64,000 bases of DNA from a virus. Shown here one piece after another: positions 26,752-37,800 of this stretch; position 1 is the stretch's first letter, and each line of letters begins with the position of its first letter. The translations under genes and the position numbers were made by a program. The notes under the pieces were generated by a model that was given only the letters and a program-made list of their open reading frames with translations, had not been told where the DNA came from and searched no databases. The stretch covers positions 1 to 64,000 of the IMG/VR virus record IMGVR_UViG_3300032291_003441; one strand, given 5' to 3'.

Positions 26752-28506
26752 TTACGCTGGGAAAGATACTCCGGTTGGTAAGATGTTGAAGTTCAAATAA
26801 ACGAATTCAGCAGTCTTAGTTGGTTGTAAGTAAATCTGTCCTACTAATTGATTCCTGTCAATTACATCTGGAGTGTTGTTGCTTGAATCCATTACTACTT
26901 TAAAAGCATACAAACCTTGACGTTGTTGTACTGATTCTAAGTATGGGTTAACTTGGTTCAAGAAACTTGTACGAGTTGCGATTGTGTTTTGTTCGAACAC
27001 TAAGTTATTAGCAACTTGACCGATATAAGATTTAAGAGCAATCAACAGACGACGAACGTTTACACGATCCAAAGCACTTGCTTTAGTTTGTAATGTTTTT
27101 TGTCCGTAAACTACAACTCCTGTTCCAGGGAAAGTAGCAATTGGGTTAACTTTATTTGTGTATAAAGTATCGCGGTTAGCTTGAGATAATTTCTTTTCAG
27201 CTCTTACTACACTACTTAATCCACCTCTGTTAATACCAGCTGGTGCAAACCAAGGCTCAGATACTGAATCGTTGTAAGCATAAACACCACCGATCATAGT
27301 AGAGGCCGGAACCCAAACTAATTGAGATGAATCTGGATCAATTGTTTGAACCCAAGGCCAGTATGAAGCTGCATATGAAGTATTTTTAGCGTTTGAAGCG
27401 TTAGTTACTTCTGTAATGCTTGAACTAAAAGGTACTAAATCAGATACGTAAATATTATCACCACGATTCATTGTGTTGTTGATAATAGAAGTTACTTGAG
27501 AAGAACCTAAAGCAGCAGCATTAGCAAACAAACCAGGAGTCATTAATACGTTAAATCTATAATCATCAGTATTAGCTAACAAATTAATCATATTGTCATA
27601 GCTTGAGCTTAACAAACCTTGAGTGTTTGTAGAACTTACTACGATGTTATTATAATAATTAGCACCTGCTCCAAATAAAGTTCCTGTAGCACCTGCAAAT
27701 GATCCTGAAGCGTTTACAGGAATAGATGCTGTGTATTGAGATTTTGCAATACCTGTGTTATCAAAATACAATGGAGTAGGAGTTTTAACTGCACTCACAT
27801 AAACATATTTTGAAGCATTTGGATAATCACCAGTTACTGTGATTTGATTATCGATAGAATTATATGCTCTAACTTGGTTACCAATTAATCTAGATACATA
27901 GTTAGGAGCCGTTGGGTCCATTGATAAGTTAGTCCAAGTTTCTAAAGTAACTGGATTGTTTGTGTTATCATCACCTTCACGGATCAACAAACTAAAAGTT
28001 CCAGATGCTGTATCGTTATTAACAATTTGCCATCTGATATTATTAGCTGAACCTGAAGCATTTAATGATCCACTTGCATCTAATGAACCAGAACTATTCA
28101 TAATAATACCTTGTGAAAGAGTACTTAATACAATTGATTCTGAGTTATTAAGATTTAAAATACCACTTCCGTTTGGAGTTGGATTTGAAGCAGCAGAAGC
28201 TGAAGTAAATGCAGATGAGAAAGTACCACTAACTACCCTGGCTACTAATAATGATTCTCCACCATTGTTAAAATAGTTAAAAGCAGCAATTGATGTAAAA
28301 TAAGTATAAACTTGGCTTCCACTAATAAAAGTTGAACCAAATTTATTCTTATAATCGCTGTATGAGGTAACAACTGTAGGTGTTTCTACAGGACCTAAAG
28401 GTGTAGGACCAATAATAGCGGCTCCTACAGTTATAGGTTGTTGCGTAATAAACGACTGATCGTTCTCAATTGAAAGTACGCCAGGTGATGTTAGTGTTGA
28501 TGCCAT
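26752..28506 (-). CDS. Tail sheath protein (gp18-like)
   Basis: SPGV, PWFAPAG..RG, VNPI, GQKT, DRVNVRRL, PTKTAEF. Confidence 0.93.
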   Translation of the reverse strand: MASTLTSPGVLSIENDQSFITQQPITVGAAIIGPTPLGPVETPTVVTSYSDYKNKFGSTFISGSQVYTYFTSIAAFNYFNNGGESLLVARVVSGTFSSAFTSASAASNPTPNGSGILNLNNSESIVLSTLSQGIIMNSSGSLDASGSLNASGSANNIRWQIVNNDTASGTFSLLIREGDDNTNNPVTLETWTNLSMDPTAPNYVSRLIGNQVRAYNSIDNQITVTGDYPNASKYVYVSAVKTPTPLYFDNTGIAKSQYTASIPVNASGSFAGATGTLFGAGANYYNNIVVSSTNTQGLLSSSYDNMINLLANTDDYRFNVLMTPGLFANAAALGSSQVTSIINNTMNRGDNIYVSDLVPFSSSITEVTNASNAKNTSYAASYWPWVQTIDPDSSQLVWVPASTMIGGVYAYNDSVSEPWFAPAGINRGGLSSVVRAEKKLSQANRDTLYTNKVNPIATFPGTGVVVYGQKTLQTKASALDRVNVRRLLIALKSYIGQVANNLVFEQNTIATRTSFLNQVNPYLESVQQRQGLYAFKVVMDSSNNTPDVIDRNQLVGQIYLQPTKTAEFVYLNFNILPTGVSFPA

Positions 28507-28563
28507 GTTTCTAAAAGTTTGTTGGTTTTATTCTATGATAAATATCATAGAGGGGGTTAAAAA

Positions 28564-28815
28564 TTAATCAACAATAGTAATTTCTCCTTTATCTAAGTTA
28601 ATAGTACCGTTACCATACTTAGCTTGGAGTTCATTACTTAAAGTTGCTTCAGAATTTCTAACTTCAACCAAAAGGTTAATTAGATTTTCTTTTTGCAATT
28701 CTAATTCTTGAATTCTCATTTCGATAAAACCGAAATCAGCCATTAACTGTTCTCTTTTTGTTTGTAAATCCTTAATTGATTGGATTTCTTCTTGTTCTAA
28801 AACTTGTGTTGCCAT
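28564..28815 (-). CDS. Small coiled-coil protein (paralog of 33769..34047)
   Basis: FG..E..coiled coil..KYGNGTINLDKGE. Confidence 0.75.
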   Translation of the reverse strand: MATQVLEQEEIQSIKDLQTKREQLMADFGFIEMRIQELELQKENLINLLVEVRNSEATLSNELQAKYGNGTINLDKGEITIVD

Positions 28816-28843
28816 ATGTTATTGTTTTTATTTTATTGTTTTT

Positions 28844-29626
28844 TTAAATATAAGTAGCTACAAAGGTAAAATCGGTACTTGCTATGTTACTTTCAAAAGT
28901 AATACTTGTAGGACTGTTTAAAGTTGCACTTACAGTAGCGCTTGATTGTGAAGGGGCTATACCTAAAAATAAGTTTTGATTTAGTGTCTTACCTGTTAAA
29001 TCAAGTGGTAATGTAGATAATACACTAGTGAATGGAGGAGTTGCTCCAGTCTTACCTGCTCCAGCAAACATTTTTAATATACCTACAACTGCTACTGCTG
29101 AACCACTTGGGATGTAATATCCAGATACTTGATTAGATGTAGTAGCAACATCTGCAATACTTGAAGTAATAGCTACAGATGCTGAGGTAGCAAAAGATGC
29201 AGTTCCGTTTACGCTACCTGATAATGAACCTGTAATAGAGATAAATTTACCAATAGATCCAGAAACTGTTATTCCACCAGTTCCTCCTAATATATTTGTT
29301 GATGGATTATAATATGGACCGTTTGTTCCGTCTGCTGCTAAGGGATGAAATCCATCTAATCCAAAAGTATCATTTTTAAATATTAAAGTATAATTTGCAT
29401 CTGTTGAACTATTAGATGCAATATACACAGAAGAACCAGATAAAGCGTTTACTGCGTTTTGGAAAAATCCACTACCTGTAGTTGCTCCTGAAAATGCAAA
29501 TGATCCAGATAATGAAATAGCGTATCCTTCAATACCAGTGAATGCGTCAACACTTTGTGATACGTCTGCGGCTTGAACAATATTGCCGTTTAGGATATTA
29601 GATTTAGATAAGGTTTTTAAGGCCAT
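28844..29626 (-). CDS. Ser/Thr/Gly-rich virion (fibre-like) protein
   Basis: LSGSF, ITGSLSGS, TASFATSAS motifs; ATATTTATC motif upstream. Confidence 0.65.
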   Translation of the reverse strand: MALKTLSKSNILNGNIVQAADVSQSVDAFTGIEGYAISLSGSFAFSGATTGSGFFQNAVNALSGSSVYIASNSSTDANYTLIFKNDTFGLDGFHPLAADGTNGPYYNPSTNILGGTGGITVSGSIGKFISITGSLSGSVNGTASFATSASVAITSSIADVATTSNQVSGYYIPSGSAVAVVGILKMFAGAGKTGATPPFTSVLSTLPLDLTGKTLNQNLFLGIAPSQSSATVSATLNSPTSITFESNIASTDFTFVATYI

Positions 29627-29628
29627 GT

Positions 29629-30834
29629 TTATTGATAAATATTCAACATTTTATCAATTGCGCCAATTACTTGAACAGGTTTTATAGTTTTTGTACATTC
29701 AAAATGTCTTGGAGTATCTTTATGATCAGGACACCATTCCCAATCACCAGGATTTAACCAATGGCGATTAAAACATCCAGTACATGCTTTAGAATCTAAA
29801 GTAAATATACGTTCACAATCTTTAAATTCAGTATAAGGATAACTAAAGCCTGAAATTAAAATAGTTGGAGTACCTATCGACCAGCTTAACCAGCTTAATC
29901 CACTGCCTACTCCTATAAATAATTCAGCATCTCTAATATCAATCATCCTGTCAGATAAATCAATATTATAACCTGTTTTATTTATTACACCGGTTAACGT
30001 ACCTCCTAGTTTTGAATCATGCCATTCATCACCTAAAGGTTCACCTGTTATCATAACTACTTTATAACCTTTTTCATTTAAGTAATCAATAATGGTTTGC
30101 CATCCTTTAGGATGCATCCAATATTTGGCGTGAGAGGAGGCATGAGGAGCTATTACAACATACTTACCTTTTATATTTGTTTTTTTACGAGATATAGTAA
30201 GTTTTGGTTTTACTTCTTTATATTCTAGTCCTAAAATTTCTGGTGGTGTTTGTTGTAGGGGATGTTTTTTAAAATCAAATGGTATTTTATCCTTTACAAT
30301 TTCTTCTCCATCATAAAACCATCCTACATTAAACATAGCATATAAATTGTTTACCTCAGTTCCTGGTTTTACAAACTCAATTTGTGGATATTCTTTTTTA
30401 AACCATTCGTTATGGAATGTAGAACAAATTACCTCACAATCCCATTTTTGTCTAAATTCTTCAGCATAAGGAAACCAAGCTAAAGTATCACCAACTGCTC
30501 CTGAATCTAAATGGATGTAAACTCTTTTGTTTTTAGGGTTAAAGATATGTTCATATACTTTTTCTCCTGTTTTGTTATTAAATACTTCTATTTTCCAGTC
30601 AACACAATACTTTATACTAGTACGAGTCCACATATTATTATTAATAACACTATTATGAACTATTTCATTTGTTTTTGTATTTGTAAAAGTAACTTTATAC
30701 TTTTCTTCTAAAGGTCCTACTACTTCTAAAAAAGCACCATCAACAAAATTAACATTAAAAGTATTTAAAGGTTGCTTACTTTTTAGATTTAAGATTTTAG
30801 TGTTTTTATATTCTTTAATTAGTAAGTCTTTCAT
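29629..30834 (-). CDS. Autotransporter O-heptosyltransferase (Aah/TibC, BAHT)-like glycosyltransferase
   Basis: GAVGDTLAW.PY..F, AKYW..GW, FIGVGSGLSWL, LISGFS..EF and four-Cys CTGC..WCP.H..FEC motif. Confidence 0.8.
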   Translation of the reverse strand: MKDLLIKEYKNTKILNLKSKQPLNTFNVNFVDGAFLEVVGPLEEKYKVTFTNTKTNEIVHNSVINNNMWTRTSIKYCVDWKIEVFNNKTGEKVYEHIFNPKNKRVYIHLDSGAVGDTLAWFPYAEEFRQKWDCEVICSTFHNEWFKKEYPQIEFVKPGTEVNNLYAMFNVGWFYDGEEIVKDKIPFDFKKHPLQQTPPEILGLEYKEVKPKLTISRKKTNIKGKYVVIAPHASSHAKYWMHPKGWQTIIDYLNEKGYKVVMITGEPLGDEWHDSKLGGTLTGVINKTGYNIDLSDRMIDIRDAELFIGVGSGLSWLSWSIGTPTILISGFSYPYTEFKDCERIFTLDSKACTGCFNRHWLNPGDWEWCPDHKDTPRHFECTKTIKPVQVIGAIDKMLNIYQ

Positions 30835-31762
30835 ATAACTGTATTAATTCTTTAGAACGGTTTAACCAAGATAATTCTTGGGCTGTATTTAAAGCATTTT
30901 GTCGGTATTGGTTGTACTCATCAATGATAACATCTAATCCTTGAATTAACAAGTTTAAGTCACGAGGTGCTCTCCATAAACCATGAAATATTGTTTCTTC
31001 CTCAATACATCCTAAAATAGGTAAACCACAGGCTGCTGCCTCCAATAATGTAAGATTAGGATGGCCTGCCTCTAAATCACTAGGATGTAAAAATATAGTA
31101 TGTGAGTTATAAAGCTGTCTTAATTGTTCATTAGATGGTTCATTTAAAACACTTAATTTAGGATAACCAAATATCCACGGATTATCATTAAACCAATTTT
31201 CATTATTTTTAGGTCCAGCTATTGTAATAGGTAAATTACGAGACATAGCTACTTTAACCCCTAACTCAAATCCTTTCCTATCATATGAACCATAACCACC
31301 TAAACCATTATTTGCTAACATTAGTAAGCTATGATAAATAGGGGTTGTATCGTTTGGTTTAAACGTATCTATATTTACTCCATGAGAAAAATAATACACA
31401 TTAGGCAAATCAAAATAATCAACTAAATAACGAGCCGGCACTAAAGAAAAAATAGATTTTTCCATTGCCTCTCGATTTTGTTGGTATATAGTGGAGTCTT
31501 TTCCGTAATGATAAGCATGGTGATCATGGTGTTGAAATACATACGATACGTTATTAGACGCCAATTCTAACGCTAAATTAGCCACATGTACCATCACTAA
31601 ATCATATTCACCTGGTTGGATTTCATTGGCCCATTTTATGTCAACTTCATGGCCTAATTCTTTTAAATTACATGTAAATTCCCAAACAATTTTTTCAATA
31701 GCACCCCATGTAGGTGGGGGAATTGGTATTCCACATCCTGGATTTACTTGACAGATTTTCAT
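30815..31762 (-). CDS. GT4-family glycosyltransferase
   Basis: IPP..WGAIE, HGVN..F.P, RKG, FLHPS.LEA..LTLLEAAACGLP. Confidence 0.85.
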   Translation of the reverse strand: MKICQVNPGCGIPIPPPTWGAIEKIVWEFTCNLKELGHEVDIKWANEIQPGEYDLVMVHVANLALELASNNVSYVFQHHDHHAYHYGKDSTIYQQNREAMEKSIFSLVPARYLVDYFDLPNVYYFSHGVNIDTFKPNDTTPIYHSLLMLANNGLGGYGSYDRKGFELGVKVAMSRNLPITIAGPKNNENWFNDNPWIFGYPKLSVLNEPSNEQLRQLYNSHTIFLHPSDLEAGHPNLTLLEAAACGLPILGCIEEETIFHGLWRAPRDLNLLIQGLDVIIDEYNQYRQNALNTAQELSWLNRSKELIQLYERLTN

Positions 31763-33750
31763 GATAATGTTAAGACTCCATTTTTAGGTAATTGGTTTTC
31801 AAAGTATTGTTTATCAACTATTATTTTTTTCTCTTCAACTAATGCTTGATTATATCTATCAAAAGCCATGTAATATATTTTATATATTTTTTTAGGATCA
31901 AATGTTACTTGTCTAAACCAAGATAATTTGTGAGTTACTTTTACTGTTTCATCAAACAACATTTTATCATCCTCATAAACAGCTATTTCAATATCTCTAT
32001 TGTCTGTGGAATTAGCTATACTTAAAAACACAGCAAATTGTTCAGGATGATCTTTAACAGGTAGTACAGAAAAATATTCTACTCTTGAATAATCTTTATG
32101 TTCAAAATTTTCATCTATTAATTTGGTAAAATTTAGTTTATCTTCCCAATATATTTTATCTTTATCTTGATTAAATGTATGGTAAGTTAAATTTTCTAAA
32201 CCATTAGATTCACTACCCCATTTTATCATTAAATCATCATATTCTTTAGCTGTTTTAATTAACGGAAAATGATCTAAATAAAATTTAGGTTCTGATGCTA
32301 AGAAATAAGTAATAATTGTATTACCTTCTTGTTCTTTTCTTAAACCAACATATGCTTTTTTATTGTTTAATATTAAAGATATATTATCAATATAAGATGC
32401 ATTTTTTAGATGGTAATCGTAATTTAAAAAATATAATTTTTTAATGCCTAAATCTTTAGCTAACGAGGCAGCATTGTAATAGTTTGTATAAACAGCAGGT
32501 CCATGATAAACATCATTGTTTTCACCTGTTAACATTAAATCTACTCTCCAGCTATCATAGTCAAACCATGTATATTGATAAAATGTATGTTTAGTTAAAA
32601 GATTATTATTATCGTAAATACAATAATCAACCATTTCTTGCAATTCTTTAGGAATTGGTAAATGTGAAGTTAATATAATCTTTCTACCTGTTTGTTTTAA
32701 AGCCTCAATACATTCTTTAGTTGTTTTAACTATAGAGTTTAATAGTGGATATGTTGAAACTACAATTGCTTCTTCCTCTACATTTATATAATTGCTAGAG
32801 TTTAAACTTGATTCAATTAAACTTAGATTATAAGAAAAATCAGTAGTGTCTAAATAATTAACATTATAATCATCCCAATAATTTAAGTATACAGGTAGAT
32901 TATGGATTAAAATTGGTATTTGATATGAAACAGCCTCCCTAATTACTAAAGGCATTGTTTCTTTATCATTGTTTGTACCCCTAGATGTAAATAAGAATAG
33001 ATCCATTGCCTGGTAGAAAGCATCTACATCTGTTCTTTCATTCCACCATGTTAAATTATTAGGCTTATCATTCATTAATGGTTCCCAATAATGTTTAAAA
33101 TTGTCTGCTTGATTACCTACACAATGGAATTCATATTGTGGTAATGCTTTAGCATAGGCAAAAAACTCAGCTTGATTTTTACGAGGAGTAAATAAACCAA
33201 TATGTAAAATATGTTTTTTATTAGGATCTAACCCTAATTTTTGTAGTGCCTCTGTTCTGTCTGGTCTTTCAATATATTCTATAGGATATTCAACTAATAC
33301 TTTAGGAATGTCTATATTTTTATATTGATTTATTTGCCATTGAGACACAAACATAAACTTGTCAGGAAAGAATTTCTTTTGAGTTATATCGTAAGATGAA
33401 TCATGAGATGTTTCTACAATTTTATATGCTCTATCCTGAGTGTAGATTTGGTTTGCAATATTAAAATCCATAAAAAACTCAGGTATTTCCTCTAAATGGA
33501 TAATATCTGGTTTTACTTGATTTATAATATCAATAAGTTCTTGTTTATTTTCTCCTAGAGTAAAAAACTTGTCTTTATCAACAAGCTTTACAATTTTATT
33601 TCTAGTAACTACTAATACACCTCCAGTACAATCTGACCATTCAACTAAATAAATTTCAAAACTATCTTTTAATAGTTCTATTTTTTTAGTTAAATATTGA
33701 GGCAGCCCCCCTGTTGACAAGTGGGGGGCTACATACAGTAGTTTTTCCAT
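31759..33750 (-). CDS. GT4-like glycosyltransferase fused to a second uncharacterised domain
   Basis: PHLSTGGLPQ, GLFTPRKNQ, DLFLFTS..ETMPLVIREA; C-terminal half with LTSH..YD and NYD motifs. Confidence 0.8.
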   Translation of the reverse strand: MEKLLYVAPHLSTGGLPQYLTKKIELLKDSFEIYLVEWSDCTGGVLVVTRNKIVKLVDKDKFFTLGENKQELIDIINQVKPDIIHLEEIPEFFMDFNIANQIYTQDRAYKIVETSHDSSYDITQKKFFPDKFMFVSQWQINQYKNIDIPKVLVEYPIEYIERPDRTEALQKLGLDPNKKHILHIGLFTPRKNQAEFFAYAKALPQYEFHCVGNQADNFKHYWEPLMNDKPNNLTWWNERTDVDAFYQAMDLFLFTSRGTNNDKETMPLVIREAVSYQIPILIHNLPVYLNYWDDYNVNYLDTTDFSYNLSLIESSLNSSNYINVEEEAIVVSTYPLLNSIVKTTKECIEALKQTGRKIILTSHLPIPKELQEMVDYCIYDNNNLLTKHTFYQYTWFDYDSWRVDLMLTGENNDVYHGPAVYTNYYNAASLAKDLGIKKLYFLNYDYHLKNASYIDNISLILNNKKAYVGLRKEQEGNTIITYFLASEPKFYLDHFPLIKTAKEYDDLMIKWGSESNGLENLTYHTFNQDKDKIYWEDKLNFTKLIDENFEHKDYSRVEYFSVLPVKDHPEQFAVFLSIANSTDNRDIEIAVYEDDKMLFDETVKVTHKLSWFRQVTFDPKKIYKIYYMAFDRYNQALVEEKKIIVDKQYFENQLPKNGVLTLS

Positions 33751-33768
33751 ATAACCTTTAAAATAAGA

Positions 33769-34047
33769 TTAGAAGGAAGCGATTTCAGTATTTTCTATTT
33801 CAGAAGGAATAAATTCTCCACTCTCAATATCAATTGAACCTACACCGTACTTTTCAGACAGTGTTTTTCCTAACTCAGCTTCTTCTTCTTTTAACTCATT
33901 GTAGAATTTAATAATGTCTACTTTTCTTGCTTCAATTTGCAATTTAGCGATTTCTAAACCACCGAATTCATTAACAACAGCAGTGTTTTTTTGTTGAATT
34001 AATTTAAGAGCTTCAATCTCTTTTTTAGTTAATTTTTTAGTACCCAT
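33769..34047 (-). CDS. Small coiled-coil protein (paralog of 28564..28815)
   Basis: FG..E..KYGVGSIDIESGEF. Confidence 0.75.
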   Translation of the reverse strand: MGTKKLTKKEIEALKLIQQKNTAVVNEFGGLEIAKLQIEARKVDIIKFYNELKEEEAELGKTLSEKYGVGSIDIESGEFIPSEIENTEIASF

Positions 34048-34080
34048 AGATTTTGTTTATTTATAACAGTTTATATGTAA

Positions 34081-34112
34081 TAAATATAATAAAAATAAGT
34101 TAAACACCCAAG
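34081..34112 (-). promoter_or_regulatory. Host-sigma-type promoter CTTG-N20-TATATTTA heading the glycosyltransferase operon
   Basis: Repeated motif with exact spacing. Confidence 0.6.
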
Positions 34113-34134
34113 TTTTATTATAAAATAATTAAAA

Positions 34135-34818
34135 TTAATTTACAGTAACTGTAAAATACAAACCTGTGTAACCACTGTAAGCGGCTACATCCGCTGTTCC
34201 CCATGTAGTTGATGTAAATGTTGTTCCACCTGAGCCTGCTGCTACTGTTTGTCCTGTAAAAAAGCTAGTACCATTTATAGATAAATCTGCTGTTCCTCCG
34301 GCAAATGAAGGAAAAGCTCCAGAAACTATTACTTTCCAATAACCCCTAAATATAATAGGATCTCCAGTAGGTTGACTTACTGCTGTTGGTCCATAAGTAC
34401 CAGGTGCCATAGCCATACCACCACCACTTAAATATTGATATGCAAAACCTGAATCCCATAATTCAACATTCACATTAACAGCATTATCTACTGGAGGAGG
34501 AGGAAATGGTGGGGGATTTGTTTTATTATTTGTTACATTTAAAGTTACCTGGAATGTAGAATTATCATAGTAGTACGTTAAACCATCAAAATCACCTACA
34601 CCAATATTTGAAGTTTTAGCAGATGTTCCATATATTCTATTAGCTCCTGATCCTTCACCTTGGCCCCAATTATTAGTTGTTTGTGAATTTGAACCATTAG
34701 GACCAGCAAAATATGAAAAAAAACTCATAGTTAACATACTAATAATACCTGAGGAATAAGTGCTATTGGCTTCTTCCCATATGTTTTTAAAACTAACGTT
34801 TGAAGTTGGAACCGTCAT
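34135..34818 (-). CDS. Putative fibre-tip / adhesin protein
   Basis: Coupled to the fibre gene; Gly/Thr/aromatic-rich, poly-Pro stretch. Confidence 0.5.
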   Translation of the reverse strand: MTVPTSNVSFKNIWEEANSTYSSGIISMLTMSFFSYFAGPNGSNSQTTNNWGQGEGSGANRIYGTSAKTSNIGVGDFDGLTYYYDNSTFQVTLNVTNNKTNPPPFPPPPVDNAVNVNVELWDSGFAYQYLSGGGMAMAPGTYGPTAVSQPTGDPIIFRGYWKVIVSGAFPSFAGGTADLSINGTSFFTGQTVAAGSGGTTFTSTTWGTADVAAYSGYTGLYFTVTVN

Positions 34819-37800
34819 TTTAATTTATTTTCTAATTCTTCTACTCTTTTACTTAGTTCTTTAATAGCTTCAATTAATAAAGCATTTAAGTTTCCATAAG
34901 CTACAGATTTCATTCCTGTTTTAGAATCTGTATGAACTACTTCAGGTAATACCTTTTCAACTTCTTGAGCTATAACACCAGCATATCTATTTATATTGTC
35001 TGGATTGTCTAGTCGTATAAAGGTAATTCCATTTATTTGGTTAATTTTATTAATAGCATTTTCAATTACTTTAATTTCACCTTTAATTCTAGAATCTGAA
35101 AATGCTTGAATATCATTTGAAGCATAAATTGAGATACCACTTACGTTAGCATTAACATGAACAGGATAGCTTGGACTTGTTGTACTAACTCCTAGTCTAC
35201 CATTTGTAACATCAGTGTATAAAAAAGATACACTTTGTATAGTAGTAGTACCTGTAGTTCTTACTAAATAATCAGGTTGATTAGTAAATGTACCTCCACT
35301 TATTCCTGAAGTACCATTAAAGGAGAGTCCTGATGTTCCCGCTGAACCGCTTGTACCTGAAGTACCAGCAACAGCAGAAAAACCAGCAGCGCCTGCTATA
35401 CCTGAAGTACCTGAAGTACCTGCTGTTCCTGAAGTATTTGAGGAGCCTGATGCCCCTGCAGCCCCTGTTGTTCCATTTGATCCTGCTGAGCCTGCAGAAC
35501 CAGAAGTATTTGAAGCTCCTGAAGTACCTGCGGCTCCTGTTGTTCCGTTAGAACCTCCAGATCCTGAAGTACCACTTGTATTTGATATACCACTTGCTCC
35601 TGCTAAACCTGAAGTACCTGTTGTACCAGAAGATCCAGCAGAACCACTTGTACCACTTGTATTACTTGCTCCTGAAGACCCAGCAGCACCTGAAGTGCCA
35701 TTTGAACCTGCTGAACCTGAAGAACCTGAAGTATTAGAAGCACCTGAAGAACCTGCAGCACCTGTTGTTCCATTAGAACCAGCTGAACCTGAAGTACCTG
35801 AGGTAGCTGAAACCCCTGAACCTCCATCTACACCTGAGGTTCCTGTAGAACCAGATGAGCCTGAAGAACCTGAAGTGTTAGAGGCACCTGAAGAACCTGC
35901 AGCACCTGTTGTTCCGTTTGATCCTCCTGAACCGCTTGTACCTGATGTATTACTTGAACCAGAAGAACCCGCAGCACCTGTTGTTCCGTTTGAACCCCCA
36001 GATCCTGAAGTACCTGATGTATTACTTGATCCTGATGTACCAGCTGCTCCGCCTGTCCCATTAGAACCTGCTGAACCAGAAGTACCAGAAGTTGCACTAG
36101 CTGCTGAGAAACCTGCAGCACCTGCTATACCTGAAGTGCCTGAAGAACCAGATGAACCTGATGTATTTGAAGATCCTGAAGTACCAGCGTTTCCTGTTGT
36201 TCCATTAGAACCTCCTGAACCAGCTGAACCACTTGTATTAGAGGCACCTGAAGTGCCTGCTGCTCCTGTAGTACCTTGTGATCCACCTGAACCACTAGTA
36301 CCTGAAGTATTTGAATTGCCTGATGTGCCTGCGTTTCCTGTTGTACCTTGAGAACCAGAACTACCTGATGAGCCACTTGTTTGTGATAAACCAGAAGTAC
36401 CTGCTGCTCCTGTACTACCTTGAGAACCACTAGACCCACTTGAACCACTTGTTTGGCTTGCTCCTGAAGTACCGGCTGCACCTCCTGTACCATTAGAACC
36501 ACCGGATCCACTAGTACCTGAAGTATTTGAAATACCACTAGCACCAGCTAGACCTGAAGTACCTGTAGTACCTGAAGAACCTGCTGAACCGCTTGTACCT
36601 GAAGTATTACTTGCTCCTGAAGAACCTGCAGCACCTGAAGTACCGTTTGATCCTGCTGAACCTGAAGAGCCTGAAGTATTAGCTAAGCCTGATGTACCTG
36701 CTGCTCCTGTAGTACCAAATGATCCACTTGAACCACTAGAACCACTTGTTTGTGATAAACCTGAAGTACCTGCTGCTCCTGTGCTACCATTTGAACCACT
36801 TGATCCAGATGTACCTGAAGTTGCTGAAACACCTGAACCACCGTCTACACCTGAGGTACCAGTTGAACCTGAAGATCCACTAGAACCTGAAGTACCAGCA
36901 GTACCTGCATTACCTGATGTACCTGAAGAACCTGAAGCTCCTGAGGTACCGCTTGTTTGACTTAAACCACTTGTACCTGTTGAACCACTTGATCCACTTG
37001 TACCTGAAGTACTAGATTGACCTGAGTTTCCCGCGTTACCTGTGGTACCATTTGAACCACCTGAACCGCTTGTACCTGAGGTATTTGAATTGCCTGATGT
37101 ACCTGCGTCTCCTGTTGTACCAAACGATCCTGACGAACCAGAAGAACCTGAAGTATTAGATAAGCCACTTGTACCAGCTGCGCCTGTACTACCTTGTGAA
37201 CCGCTAGATCCACTAGAACCACTTGTTTGACTTAATCCTGAAGTACCTGCTGCACCTGTACTACCTTGTGAGCCTGAACTACCTGAGGAACCACTTGTTT
37301 GACTTTCTCCAGAAGTACCTGCTGCGCCTGTAGTTCCATTAGAACCTGAAGAACCGCTTGTACCTGAAGTTGCACTGGCTGCTGAGAAACCTGCAGCACC
37401 TGCTATACCTGATGTACCTGAACTACCACTAGTTCCTGAAGTGTTTGAAGTACCACTTGTACCATCAACACCTGAAGTACCATTTGAACCTGTTGAGCCT
37501 GATGTACCTGAACTACCTGAAGTACCTGTAGAGCCACTTAAACCTGAAGAGCCACTTGTACCACCAGTTTGTGATAAACCACTTGTACCTGTAGAGCCTG
37601 AGCTACCTGAAGTTCCTGAAGTAGAACTTTGCCCACTATTGCCAGCGTTTCCAGTAGTACCATTAGAACCACCTGAACCGCTTGTTCCTGAAGTATTTGA
37701 GCTACCTGCAGTACCAGCATCACCTGAAGTACCATATGAACCTGTAGATCCACTTGAACCGCTTGATCCGCTAGAACCTGAAGTACCATCCGCACCACTA

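Noticed and set aside
29629-33750. Glycosyltransferases as T4-style DNA glucosyltransferases
   Set aside because: No hydroxymethylase in the window, location in the tail module and a BAHT-like member favour protein substrates; not formally excluded
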